Positions 28,167 through 38,545 of a DNA stretch of 64,000 nt are shown here, in pieces. Location of the stretch: the NCBI GenBank assembly GCA_964430885.1, contig CAYSHM010000006.1, forward strand, positions 75,803-139,802, read 5' to 3'. The notes below the pieces were generated by a model that saw only the letters and a program-made list of their open reading frames with translations, was not told the origin of the DNA and did no database searches. Every line of letters begins with the position of its first letter. Position 1 is the first letter of the stretch. This stretch comes from an uncultured archaeon. Its GTDB lineage: Archaea > Thermoplasmatota > Penumbrarchaeia > JASLWR01. The translations under genes were made by a program, and so were the position numbers.

Positions 28167-31100
28167 CTATTGGCGAGGCGGACGGGGAGGTAAATTATCA
28201 CTGCTGTTTTCAGTAGGCTCTTCTTCATTGGCCAGATCGCCCGTGAGCTCCTCCTCTTCGGATGACGGCCCATTCTCTTCTCCGTCGGTCCCTTCAGCAG
28301 TCCCTTCCTGGTTATCCATACTGCTCCTGTTATCATCAAATTCATCCTCTGCTTCGAATTCATCCTCTGCTTCGAATTCATCCTCTTGAAGCACTTCTTC
28401 CTCCAACATCCTATCCTCGGTTTTCCCCTTGTCCTCCTTTTTGGTTTTCATTATGTAAATGGCCATGGCGGTCCCTACTCCTAGAATGAGAATCACTAAA
28501 GCTATCAATATAATCCAGAGAGTAGTATTTCCCGAACCGGGATCCTTGTCCGAATCGTCATCGTCATCATCTGATGCAGAACCGAAATATGATGTTGGAA
28601 AGGAATCAATATTGTGCTTCCATGTCTTTGTTTTTCCGTCATACTCGGCAGTTATCTCGGTTCCATCTGGTATGCCGGTATATCCAATTAGGCTGAATGT
28701 AACCTTTCCATCCTTACCAGTGGTACCAGCATAGTCCCGATTTCCCAAACTGAACGTAACGATGACACCCTCAAGCGGTTTGCTTCCATCCATGAAAGGT
28801 CCCATTTTAACATCGGCGCCTGATATATCAAGATACATGTCTCCCAGATCCACATCTGCACCTTCTATCTTGAAGGATATTGTTTTGTCATCATAACCAT
28901 CAGCAGATAGGACAAGATCATATGAACCGTTGGGTAGTGATGCAGTGAACACACCATTGGTATCAAGGGTGATATTGATTCTATCCTGACCTTTTGTTAT
29001 ATAACCCTGGGCATTGACTGGGGCAACCTTTCCGCCAACGGAATACTTGGTCAAGGCGGTTGTAGTGAATTGGAATGTGAGGTCACTGTCCAATTCTTGA
29101 CCGTCAATGTCTTTTACACCTTGGAGGTCTATCTGATAGATAGTATCCTCTTCGAAACCATCTTTTGGTGTGAAGGTGAAATTGTATTTATCGATCCATG
29201 TGCTTCCTTGGATGAAGGGAGTGATAATGACGGTGTCACCCAGAGTGAAAGAAGTGTAATCCATCATTTTAGTGAATTCGACTATTATGGTAGAATTGAG
29301 CGGTATGTCGACACTTCCGTCCAATGGGTAAGTTGTAACAACCATTGGCAGCTCTAATTCCACAACAGATAGAGCGTATTCAGAATCAATGGTATAGGTT
29401 GAGGAACCGTCATCCACAAGTACCTGAAGGTAGTATCTCCCGATCTCCAGATCCGATGTGTTCCACGAATAACTTTCCTCGAATGGATCAAGATATGACA
29501 GTAAGAACAAAGTTGTGTTATCTCTCTCTTCATAATAATAAAGGGTAAGGTTTGTATCAGAAATTGGACCCGGATCTCCGCCTATATTCAAATGGACAAT
29601 GAATTTCTCCTTTCCTTCATATATGGTAAAATTTTCATCTTTTAATGAATCGAATTGGAAGGTGAATGGCACCGGCGGAGCAGTTACCTCTCCGGGACTC
29701 ACAGCTCCTATCTTCCAGTCATCCTTTGAATTGGTGTCGAGATAATTCACTCCCGCTCCTCCGGTCAATCTGCTGAGGCTCTGTCCCTGGGAAATGTTGG
29801 TCACATTGATACATGACGAAGTTAGATTGTTATCCCAGTCGGCCCCGTCTCTCAGTGAACTGATATCCAATATTTCATGGGCGGTCAAGGTTCCCTCCGA
29901 CTGCCAGGCTACAGCATCATGAACCAAATCTTCGGTATCTGCCAATATCACTTGGTCTCCGCCGGTACTTAGCACTCCATTGCTTGCGCTTGTATATATG
30001 TCGATTATGCCGTCGCCATTCCCTTCCATGCTGCCGTTTTCGCTCGCCATGGTATCATTGTTAAAGTGTATGAGCAGATATTCATCACTAGCAATGACAG
30101 TTCCATCGAAGAAATGGTCGGTATTCCCATCAATGTCATCTATCCACCATCCTGTTATATCCGCACCATCCCCCAGATTTCCATCATCCACGCAGAAAAT
30201 CTCAACCCAATTATCACCTGTTTCCGGTTTGAACATGACCTCCGTTATAAGCAGGATAGGTTCAGGTGCTGGCTCGGCAATCGTTATTGTAAACAAACTG
30301 CTGAATCTTGGCTGATTTGTTCCATCCTCGGCAGCAATCCTGAACTTAATAACACTTCCCAATGCCTGCCCGGGGATACTTGCACACCAGTTATTATCTC
30401 CTGCTATTTCATCTATCCCCGTTCCATCATCCTTCATAATTATTTCATTTTGGTCAGCATCATTGAGGGTCCAGTTGATCACAGCCCTTGTCACACTCAC
30501 ATCGTCAGTGATCCTTGCTGAGATGTTCAGATCTGTCATTGGGGCAAGTGTATGATTGTCGGGTAAAGGATCAAGAATAATATCAGTTATCAATGGCAGC
30601 TCATCGGCCAGGTCTCTGAAGATTCCGGGTTCGGGAATTTCAAGTATATGCCAGTCGTTTCTGGAGTTTGAGTCTGTTTCTCCTCTGCTCCTGGTTATAC
30701 TGAAACCCGCGGATATATTATCCGAATCCACGCAGGCACCTGTGTTGTTGGCATCCCACTGGCCCTTAGCAACAGTATAATTCAGGTCGTCCTTTTCACC
30801 TGCTGAGAGAGTATCATTATAAGCCCAGCACACAGCGTCCATTAGGAATCCGTCCTGATCAAAAAGTATTACTTGATCCCCCTGATAGCTAAGGCGGGTA
30901 TTGCTCCCTTCAGTATATGTGTCCAGGATATTATCGCTGTTTCCGTCATCTACAGAAATCTCGTCTTCCATATCCGGGGAGTTGTAATGCATTAAGAGGA
31001 TATCGCCTGTGTGAACCAAGGCATTGCCGAATGTTTTATCCCTGCTTCCGTCTTCATCATCAAGACCCCATCCAAGAATGGAATTCCCATTTCCGCTATT

Positions 31101-32378
31101 ACCGTCATCTACAACGTAGAGTTCTACCCAGTCATTTTCTCCCGAGTCTGCGTTGAAATAAACTTCTGTTATATTGATGGATGGCTTGGTGCCAGGTAGA
31201 TAGTAGTAGGTGAAATTCTCCGTTGTTACTGAGTTGCCCTGATCGTCCACTGCAGTCATGTTGTATTGGATAGGTACACCTATACCCATCTGTCCTGCAT
31301 CATAATCAATGGTATATGAATAATTGTCACCGGCAGAAAAGCTCATCAGGTTTACAGAAGGGTTTCCATTATTGATCACTACTGTTATGTTCACATGGTC
31401 TATGCTTCCGTCATCGGTGACATTTACCTCTACATCCACATCTGTACCTGGCTCAGGATTGCCAACGGGGTCCTGGCTTATAGAGTTGAATGTTGGAATG
31501 GATTGTGTAGGCTGGCTGATAACGGGATCTGCAGGGTTGTTCGATTCCCAGCTTGTGGTGAGGTTCTCGGTTGTTTCATCATGTCCGGTGATTCCGTTTC
31601 CATTGTTGCCTACCTCCTCAGGTTCCGCTGGAATATTTACCCTTTTATATGATTTTCCAAGATCATGTACAGATGTGTTTATCCGGATAGATGTGTTCCC
31701 ATCAGCATTATAGGCCGAGGGATTACCATCGCCATCGGTATCGCTGTCTATACTCACTCCGGTCTTGTCAATTTTATAACCTTCATCATCACCCCACCAT
31801 ACAATGTCTACATCGCTTACAAGATCGCTAATCCCGTCCCAGTAGAACATAACCACGGTCTCGTGATCATTTGTCAGACCGGCCGTTCCTCCTATGTCAA
31901 CATCAATCATATTAGGTACCCCGCTAGAATCAATCATCTCATAATTGGGATTCTTTCCGAATTCTGCTAGGAAATCACTGCCGTCGAAAGCTACCACCAT
32001 ATAATCCCCGACTCCAATGCTGGTTCCTTGGGGGAACCGGCATATGAAATCGTAACCGCCCGCGTTTGCTGAATTATCTACAATTCCATAGTAATCCACG
32101 ATGTCAGCCAGATAGTAATTGGATAGGTCAATTGGGCCGCCTGTGGGATTATGGATCTCAATGAACTCCTTGACAGTTGGAGTGACGCATACCTCGGAAA
32201 GTACCAGATGGTCTGCATTTATTCTCGATCCTCCGCCTTCAGCCTGGACTCCGTATGGCCCCAATAGGGACAAGAACGGAGCACTCAGAAGGGTACAGAA
32301 TAATAATAATACAGGGAGTTTCCGAAATCTATTCTTCCTGTTATTTTTTGAATTATTTCTTTTTAACATATTGAACAC
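28167..32378 (-). CDS. Giant (1403 aa) surface protein with multiple lamin-tail-domain (LTD)-like modules, Ig-like regions, C-terminal TM anchor and acidic tail
   Basis: Signal peptide; LTD-like 'LVLSEVCVTP..EFIEIHNPTGGPIDLSNYYLAD', 'INITEVYFNADSGENDWVELYVVDDG', 'LLITEVMFKPETGDNWVEIFCVDDG'; TM 'LWIILIALVILILGVGTAMAIYIM'; tail ends PPRPPRQ. Confidence 0.65.
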   Translation of the reverse strand: MFNMLKRNNSKNNRKNRFRKLPVLLLFCTLLSAPFLSLLGPYGVQAEGGGSRINADHLVLSEVCVTPTVKEFIEIHNPTGGPIDLSNYYLADIVDYYGIVDNSANAGGYDFICRFPQGTSIGVGDYMVVAFDGSDFLAEFGKNPNYEMIDSSGVPNMIDVDIGGTAGLTNDHETVVMFYWDGISDLVSDVDIVWWGDDEGYKIDKTGVSIDSDTDGDGNPSAYNADGNTSIRINTSVHDLGKSYKRVNIPAEPEEVGNNGNGITGHDETTENLTTSWESNNPADPVISQPTQSIPTFNSISQDPVGNPEPGTDVDVEVNVTDDGSIDHVNITVVINNGNPSVNLMSFSAGDNYSYTIDYDAGQMGIGVPIQYNMTAVDDQGNSVTTENFTYYYLPGTKPSINITEVYFNADSGENDWVELYVVDDGNSGNGNSILGWGLDDEDGSRDKTFGNALVHTGDILLMHYNSPDMEDEISVDDGNSDNILDTYTEGSNTRLSYQGDQVILFDQDGFLMDAVCWAYNDTLSAGEKDDLNYTVAKGQWDANNTGACVDSDNISAGFSITRSRGETDSNSRNDWHILEIPEPGIFRDLADELPLITDIILDPLPDNHTLAPMTDLNISARITDDVSVTRAVINWTLNDADQNEIIMKDDGTGIDEIAGDNNWCASIPGQALGSVIKFRIAAEDGTNQPRFSSLFTITIAEPAPEPILLITEVMFKPETGDNWVEIFCVDDGNLGDGADITGWWIDDIDGNTDHFFDGTVIASDEYLLIHFNNDTMASENGSMEGNGDGIIDIYTSASNGVLSTGGDQVILADTEDLVHDAVAWQSEGTLTAHEILDISSLRDGADWDNNLTSSCINVTNISQGQSLSRLTGGAGVNYLDTNSKDDWKIGAVSPGEVTAPPVPFTFQFDSLKDENFTIYEGKEKFIVHLNIGGDPGPISDTNLTLYYYEERDNTTLFLLSYLDPFEESYSWNTSDLEIGRYYLQVLVDDGSSTYTIDSEYALSVVELELPMVVTTYPLDGSVDIPLNSTIIVEFTKMMDYTSFTLGDTVIITPFIQGSTWIDKYNFTFTPKDGFEEDTIYQIDLQGVKDIDGQELDSDLTFQFTTTALTKYSVGGKVAPVNAQGYITKGQDRINITLDTNGVFTASLPNGSYDLVLSADGYDDKTISFKIEGADVDLGDMYLDISGADVKMGPFMDGSKPLEGVIVTFSLGNRDYAGTTGKDGKVTFSLIGYTGIPDGTEITAEYDGKTKTWKHNIDSFPTSYFGSASDDDDDDSDKDPGSGNTTLWIILIALVILILGVGTAMAIYIMKTKKEDKGKTEDRMLEEEVLQEDEFEAEDEFEAEDEFDDNRSSMDNQEGTAEGTDGEENGPSSEEEELTGDLANEEEPTENSSDNLPPRPPRQ
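28341..28388. repeat. 18-bp direct tandem repeat (about 2.7 copies) inside the tail-coding region of the 28167..32378 gene
   Basis: 'ttcatcctctgcttcgaa' repeated in tandem; encodes EDEFEA repeats on the minus strand. Confidence 0.75.
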
Positions 32379-32545
32379 CTGATAGAAATTACTAGAATCA
32401 CATTTAAATTGTTTTGGTGGGTAAATAACAGCTTTATGAAAAAACCTTTCCTAAAAAATGGGTATATATAGATAAAAAGTTTGAAAAGATCCGAGCAGCG
32501 CAATCAGTGTATAGTGATAAATAGATAAATATGGCAATTCAGCGA

Positions 32546-35500
32546 TTAAGCCGGAATCAGAGTAGGCATGGAGGGTATTGCTTCTTCGTCATTTACATCA
32601 TCGATTTTCTCACCTTCCGTTTTACCGCCCTTTTTTCCCTCATCCTCTTCATCTGCCGGCTTCACATCCTCTCCTGATTCCTCACCGTCCATACCTTCTT
32701 CACCATCCTTTTCTGACCCGCTATCTCCTGCCCTTTCTTCGGTGACTGCTTCCCTGTTTTCATCCCCTCCTTTCTTATCTTCAGCCTCTTCTTCTCCTTG
32801 ATCACCTATCTCTACTTTTTCAGGTTCTGCTTCATCCTCCTTTTTGGACTTGACAGCATAGATTACCATTGCCAAAGCAACAATAATGATCAGCGCCATC
32901 AGAATGATCAAAATGGTCCAGAGGGTCTTGTTACCCTCTTTGTTTCCCGATGCTTCCCGATTTTCAAATGCATCATAGGGATTTTCATTCCCCCAGGTCC
33001 ATTCCACCTTATCCTCTTCATATCTGCCGTATATTTTCACACCGTCGGGCAAGCTTTCCATTTCAAGCCAGAAGACAGCTTTCCCATCATTACCGGAGGT
33101 ATTTTCATAATAGGTGTCATTCAGTGTGAACCATACCCTTACGCCCTTTAGGGATTCACCATCCATTAGGAAAGGACCGATCTCTACTTTGAATTTCTTG
33201 GGCGGCTTAACAGTTTTCTGAAGAACGATATCGTCTAATATCATATCCAGTCCGTTTACAAAAAAGGTATCCACATGTGTTGTGTATCCCGGAGAACTGA
33301 TCACTATATCGTGGGACCCGTTCACGAGACGTATCTCGAAAGTATCCTTGTCAACATCTATTTCCTCTCCGTCTATCTCAACTGTGGAAGTTTCGGGAGA
33401 AATGCTGCCTTTCACATTGAATGTCGGCTGCACCTCGGTTTTGAACGTGAAGTGGTATTCATCTAAAAGCAACCGTCCCTTATTGCTCTCGACATCCTTG
33501 ATAGTAATACTGTAAAGGGTATCATAATCCAGGTTATTACTTGGGTCGAATATCACCTTAACATCATCTTCCAGAGAGAAGCTCCCTTGGACAGTGGGGG
33601 TTATGATGAAAGTAGTCCCGAGGATAAATGAATCCCGATCTATAGCCCTGTCAAACTCAACGGCAATATCCACGTTCACCGGTAATCTGTTTCCTCCATC
33701 AGCAGGCCAGCTGCTGACAATCTCAGGGGGATAGACTGGAACATGAACAATGACCAGGGGATGATCTGTAATCTTCTCTATCTGGCAATAGCTGGAATAG
33801 TTCACTTTTCCAATTAGGAAATAACTGCCGTTCACCACCTCGGCGGTATTCCAAAGGTAATTCTGCTCCTCGGGGATCGCGTCAGCGATCTTAACAGGGG
33901 TTGAATTACCCTTTCGGTAGAACAGTTCAAATGATAGTTGATCATTTACCCTTGGGGCTTTCCATTCCCAATTAATACGGTAGGACTTATCCGCGTTATC
34001 GCTTGAATTGGTAAGTACTGTGAAGTTGAAATCAGGGGGCGGGGAATGTCCGCCCATTCCCGGGGAAGGTATGTTGTCCAGATACCAGTCGTCCTTTGTG
34101 TCGGTATCTATGAATAAATTCTGCGAATGATGATATCTTCTAGCGACCGATATACCGTCATCAATACCGGTAAGATTGAAACATCCTGTGATTACTGAGG
34201 AGTTCCAGGCATTTTCATGTTTAAGCTCTTCCATATCCGTTATTTCACCAGATTTTAATGTCCCATCCCTCTGCCAAGCTATGGCATCCATTATGATATC
34301 ATCCTCATTGTATAAGACAAGCTGGTCCCCGGTAGTCGCCATTATTCCGCTGGATGCGTCAGTATAAAGATCGATTATTCCATCATCGTTCCCACCAGTA
34401 GCGTTTCCTTCATCCACACTCACATCATCATCGAAATGGATCAGTAAATAATCGCCGGTTCTCACCAGAGTTGCGCCAAATTCATACCTCGTACTTTCCA
34501 TATCCGTCAATTCCCAATCCAAAAGGATATTGCCGTCTCCGCTGTTTGCATCATTGGCACAGTAGAGCTCCACCCAATCCTCTCCTGCTTCGGGTTCAAG
34601 CATGATTTCAGTAATAATTATCTCCGGGTATTGGAAGAATAGGTAGTTGTAATCATTGGAAAAGGTGATCTGACCGCCGATATCCCTGGCCATCAATTTG
34701 AAGATGATAGATGTTCCCAATTCCTTTCCAGGAATGACGCATGTCCAGATATTATCATCCGCGGATATGTCCGCACCAGCGCCATTGTTCTCAAGGAGAA
34801 TGTTAGGTTGATTAATACCTTCAAGAGACCAAATCAGTTCAGCGCTATCCAGTTCCAGTTCATCGGTAATATTTACCTCTAGAGTGATATTTGTATTGGG
34901 TTTCAATATTCCCATCTCCGCTTCAGGAGTCAATATCACCTCACCGATAAAAGGCGCCAGGTCGGATTTATTGAAAGGCGTACCGGGATTGGGTCTATCC
35001 ATTATGTACCAATCATTTTTGGTATTCGAATCCTGCTCATCCACGCTCCTGGAAATACTTTTACCGTCTTCCACCGATTCCGAATCAACACAATCCTGAT
35101 AATTTTTTGAATCCCAATGTCCCAGATCGAAAGTTACATTCAGGTCTTCCTCTTCGCTTCCTTCCAGCTCACCGGGCCCCGCCCAGCAAACCGCATCTAA
35201 GACCATTCCATCTGGATCGTACAACAGAAGCTGATCCTCAGAGTCGTCCAGCCTGGTGTTGGTAGCTTCAGAGTAAGTATCAAGTATCATATCATTGTTT
35301 CCGTCAGTGGCGTTCCACTCGTCCATTGAATCACTGTTAAAATGAACCAGAACACTTTCACCTGTTCTAACCAGTATATTCCCGAAAACCTTATCCATTT
35401 CACCCTCGAGGTCATTGGTTCCCCAATTCATTAAGGTATTGCCAAGTCCCAAGTTGTTATCATCCAAACATAGAAGCTCTACCCAGCAGTCTGTAAGTTT

Positions 35501-36757
35501 CCATCCGCTGGCCTCATTATCAGGTTTGAACATTACTTCATGTATAAGCATATCGGGGTAAACAGCAGGTAGATAATAGTAAACCATATCTCCGCTCCGG
35601 GTCACATTGCCATGGTCATCTTCTGCTGATATATTATATTTCACTGAAGTTGCCCGTTCCATGATCGCTTCATTCCATACCAGGACATATCCGTAGGTGG
35701 CATTCTCTATGAATATCATTGGATATGATTGATAAGGTTTTCCGTCAATGGATATGTTGATCTCCACGCCGGTGACACTTCCTTCATCAATAACGGTGGC
35801 CAGAAATGTCACATTTTCGCCCAGACCCGGATTATCTCCAACAGGTGTTTTTTTCAGGGATGTCATGATAGGGGGCCCCCCCACGGGACTGGTTACAGTC
35901 GGATTTGCCGTGATGTTTCTCCAGAAAGAAATGGTGAGGTTCTCAGTTGTCTCATCATGTCCAGTCTTTCCATTGCCGCCGGCAGGTATCTCTTCAGCCT
36001 CCTCCATGGGGGCTATTCTAGTGAAGGAATTATCCTCTGGATGGGCCGATGTGTGAATGGGAGGAAAGGTTGAAGCATCGTTGGCATAGGTACTTTCGTC
36101 AAGATCCCCGTCAAGGTCAGAATCGATGCTTACTCCGCTCTTGTCAACCTTGTAATCCTCATCATTCCCCCACCAAACTATATCTACATCCCTTACAAGG
36201 TCCATGACACCGTCCCAATAAAATAGTACAAGGGTTTCACCCGAATCGGTTAGGGATGCACTTCCGCCTATAAATCCCCGTGTTTCATTCATTCTAGGGC
36301 TGAAACCTTCCTGAAGTATATAATTCGGCCTTATGCTGTAGGCATCTATGAAGCCCACCTCGTCGAAGGCGATTATCTGATGCTCCCAAGGGGATATGGT
36401 ACTATCCGTGGGAAATGACGCTATGAAATCCGTGGCCAATTGCTGGTTGAATCCCAGGAGCAAGTTGGTGATGTTGTAATAATCGGTAATGTCCGCGATA
36501 TAATAATTGTCTAAGGAAATTGTATTATCAGTGGGATTCATTATCTCTATGAATTCCAAATTCCCGGGTTTCACCTTTACTTCGTTGATCACCAGGTGGT
36601 CCATCAAGGCCCTTGCATCGTTCTTTGCTTCTCCGTTCCTCTCTGAAAAAGCGACATTGGACGCGGAAAAACAATTCACCAGCAGAAATAATGTCATCAG
36701 CATTATTGCACTTCTTGTTGGGCGAATACCTATATTTTTTACAGATGGACTTTTCAT
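32546..36757 (-). CDS. Giant (1403 aa) LTD-repeat surface protein, tandem paralog of 28167..32378
   Basis: Same length and architecture: signal peptide, LTD-like 'LVINEVKVKPGNLEFIEIMNPTDNTISLDNYYIAD', 'MLIHEVMFKPDNEASGW', 'IIITEIMLEPEAGEDWVELYC'; TM 'LWTILIILMALIIIVALAMVIYAV'; Glu/Asp/Gly-rich tail. Confidence 0.65.
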   Translation of the reverse strand: MKSPSVKNIGIRPTRSAIMLMTLFLLVNCFSASNVAFSERNGEAKNDARALMDHLVINEVKVKPGNLEFIEIMNPTDNTISLDNYYIADITDYYNITNLLLGFNQQLATDFIASFPTDSTISPWEHQIIAFDEVGFIDAYSIRPNYILQEGFSPRMNETRGFIGGSASLTDSGETLVLFYWDGVMDLVRDVDIVWWGNDEDYKVDKSGVSIDSDLDGDLDESTYANDASTFPPIHTSAHPEDNSFTRIAPMEEAEEIPAGGNGKTGHDETTENLTISFWRNITANPTVTSPVGGPPIMTSLKKTPVGDNPGLGENVTFLATVIDEGSVTGVEINISIDGKPYQSYPMIFIENATYGYVLVWNEAIMERATSVKYNISAEDDHGNVTRSGDMVYYYLPAVYPDMLIHEVMFKPDNEASGWKLTDCWVELLCLDDNNLGLGNTLMNWGTNDLEGEMDKVFGNILVRTGESVLVHFNSDSMDEWNATDGNNDMILDTYSEATNTRLDDSEDQLLLYDPDGMVLDAVCWAGPGELEGSEEEDLNVTFDLGHWDSKNYQDCVDSESVEDGKSISRSVDEQDSNTKNDWYIMDRPNPGTPFNKSDLAPFIGEVILTPEAEMGILKPNTNITLEVNITDELELDSAELIWSLEGINQPNILLENNGAGADISADDNIWTCVIPGKELGTSIIFKLMARDIGGQITFSNDYNYLFFQYPEIIITEIMLEPEAGEDWVELYCANDANSGDGNILLDWELTDMESTRYEFGATLVRTGDYLLIHFDDDVSVDEGNATGGNDDGIIDLYTDASSGIMATTGDQLVLYNEDDIIMDAIAWQRDGTLKSGEITDMEELKHENAWNSSVITGCFNLTGIDDGISVARRYHHSQNLFIDTDTKDDWYLDNIPSPGMGGHSPPPDFNFTVLTNSSDNADKSYRINWEWKAPRVNDQLSFELFYRKGNSTPVKIADAIPEEQNYLWNTAEVVNGSYFLIGKVNYSSYCQIEKITDHPLVIVHVPVYPPEIVSSWPADGGNRLPVNVDIAVEFDRAIDRDSFILGTTFIITPTVQGSFSLEDDVKVIFDPSNNLDYDTLYSITIKDVESNKGRLLLDEYHFTFKTEVQPTFNVKGSISPETSTVEIDGEEIDVDKDTFEIRLVNGSHDIVISSPGYTTHVDTFFVNGLDMILDDIVLQKTVKPPKKFKVEIGPFLMDGESLKGVRVWFTLNDTYYENTSGNDGKAVFWLEMESLPDGVKIYGRYEEDKVEWTWGNENPYDAFENREASGNKEGNKTLWTILIILMALIIIVALAMVIYAVKSKKEDEAEPEKVEIGDQGEEEAEDKKGGDENREAVTEERAGDSGSEKDGEEGMDGEESGEDVKPADEEDEGKKGGKTEGEKIDDVNDEEAIPSMPTLIPA

Positions 36758-36993
36758 GCTAACAGACTCCTATTTCATATAGTGAATTAATAATTACATA
36801 ATTCTATGATTACAATAAGTATCGAATTATTCGCAATTATCTATTCCATATTCATTATATTTCAACATAATTCAAAGTATGAAATAGATATAAAACACTT
36901 TTTGGATTAAAATCAATAAATTATTTGATAGATCATCAACAGGAAATACTGATAATGGTCCGGAGGCAATCCCGTCTGGATGGTTATTATACA

Positions 36994-38319
36994 TCAGCAA
37001 TTATTCTGGACAAAATCACCAATAATGGTTTCCAGAGGCACACCGCTGACCTGGACAAGCTCATAGTTGATCTTGACGACCTTTTTCTTTATATCCAATA
37101 TTTTTCCAAGGTCCAGTGGGGTTCCCTGAATAACAACATCAGCATCAGAGAAATTGATAGTATCCTCAAGTTCCTTCCTCTGGACATCGCTGTATCCCAT
37201 AGCAGGCAGTATCTGTTCCAGGTGCGGAAACTTCTCAAATGTAGCCTTAATCGAACCGACAGCGAATTTTCGGGGATCTATCAATTCACCCACACCCATC
37301 CTCTTTGCATAGATGAACCCGGCACCGAAGGGCATGTTACCGTGTGTAACGCTTGGTCCGTCCTCTACAACAAGAACCCTCTTGTTCAGCAGGCTTTCCA
37401 TCTTTTCGGACCCTACTGATGAGGCAGCCTCTATCACCAGGGCTTTGGGATTGATCTTTCTGATATTGTCCCTGACCCTTTCGATATCCTCAAGATCAGC
37501 AGAAACCACCTTGTTGATAATCACAATGTCAGCAAGCCTTAGGGATATCTCTCCTGGATAGTGACCCACTTCATCTCCGGCTCTCAGCGGATCAAGCACT
37601 GTCATATACAGGTCAGCATGGTAGAACGAAAAATCATTGTTCCCTCCGTCCCAGATGACAATATCCGCTTCTTTTTCCGCCTGCCTGAGAATGGCCTCAT
37701 AGTCAACCCCTGCATACACTATGGTATTGTTCTCAATATGGGGTTCATATTCCTCCCTTTCCTCAAAGGTGCAATCGTGATCCTCAAGATCCTGATATGT
37801 TTCGAATCTTTGAACCCGCATTGCTTCAAGATCACCATATGGCATGGGATGGCGGATGACCGCTACCTTCTTGCCCAATCCTCTCAGTATATTCACGATT
37901 GTTCTGGAAGTCTGGCTCTTGCCGCATCCCGTCCTAGTGGCACAGATGGCGATTAAGGGTTTCAGGGATTTCACCATTGTGTTCTTGGTTCCCATGAGTT
38001 TGAAATCCGCTCCGGCGGTATTGACGATGGAGGCAATTCTGATGACTTCTGCTGCCGGCAGGTCGCTGTAGGCAAGTATACATTCATCGATATCATTTTC
38101 CCCGATTAACTCCGGCAGGTTTTCCTCGGGCACGATAGGTACCCCGTTTGGATATAGCTCACCTGACATTGATGCCGGAAACATCTTATCGTCGATGAAG
38201 GGTATCTGTGTGGCTGTGAATGCAACCACCTCGTAATCTCTATTATCCTTGAAATGCGTCAGGAAATTATGAAAATCCCTTCCAGCGGCTCCCAGTATGA
38301 TTACCTTTTTTCGTACCAT
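36994..38319 (-). CDS. COG2403-like P-loop protein (cyclic 2,3-diphosphoglycerate synthetase-like / predicted GTPase)
   Basis: 'ICATRTGCGKSQTSRTIVNILRGLGKKVAVIRHP' P-loop-like motif; recalled family resemblance only. Confidence 0.45.
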   Translation of the reverse strand: MVRKKVIILGAAGRDFHNFLTHFKDNRDYEVVAFTATQIPFIDDKMFPASMSGELYPNGVPIVPEENLPELIGENDIDECILAYSDLPAAEVIRIASIVNTAGADFKLMGTKNTMVKSLKPLIAICATRTGCGKSQTSRTIVNILRGLGKKVAVIRHPMPYGDLEAMRVQRFETYQDLEDHDCTFEEREEYEPHIENNTIVYAGVDYEAILRQAEKEADIVIWDGGNNDFSFYHADLYMTVLDPLRAGDEVGHYPGEISLRLADIVIINKVVSADLEDIERVRDNIRKINPKALVIEAASSVGSEKMESLLNKRVLVVEDGPSVTHGNMPFGAGFIYAKRMGVGELIDPRKFAVGSIKATFEKFPHLEQILPAMGYSDVQRKELEDTINFSDADVVIQGTPLDLGKILDIKKKVVKINYELVQVSGVPLETIIGDFVQNNC

Positions 38320-38545
38320 AATATCAGTCTCTCTATTTTTTAAAATTATTTGCTTCAGGGTGACTCGGTTAGATCAGGCATTAATACAAAAATAAAAAAA
38401 TTTTATTGTATTCCCCTTCGGTTTGTCTTTTGGGAAATGGTTAATCATATAACAAATTAATCCCGAATTTGATTCATTAAAAAAAGGGGATATTACTAAG
38501 AGAACTTATTGAGCGATTCGAAGACGAAGGTATAGAAGTGAAATA

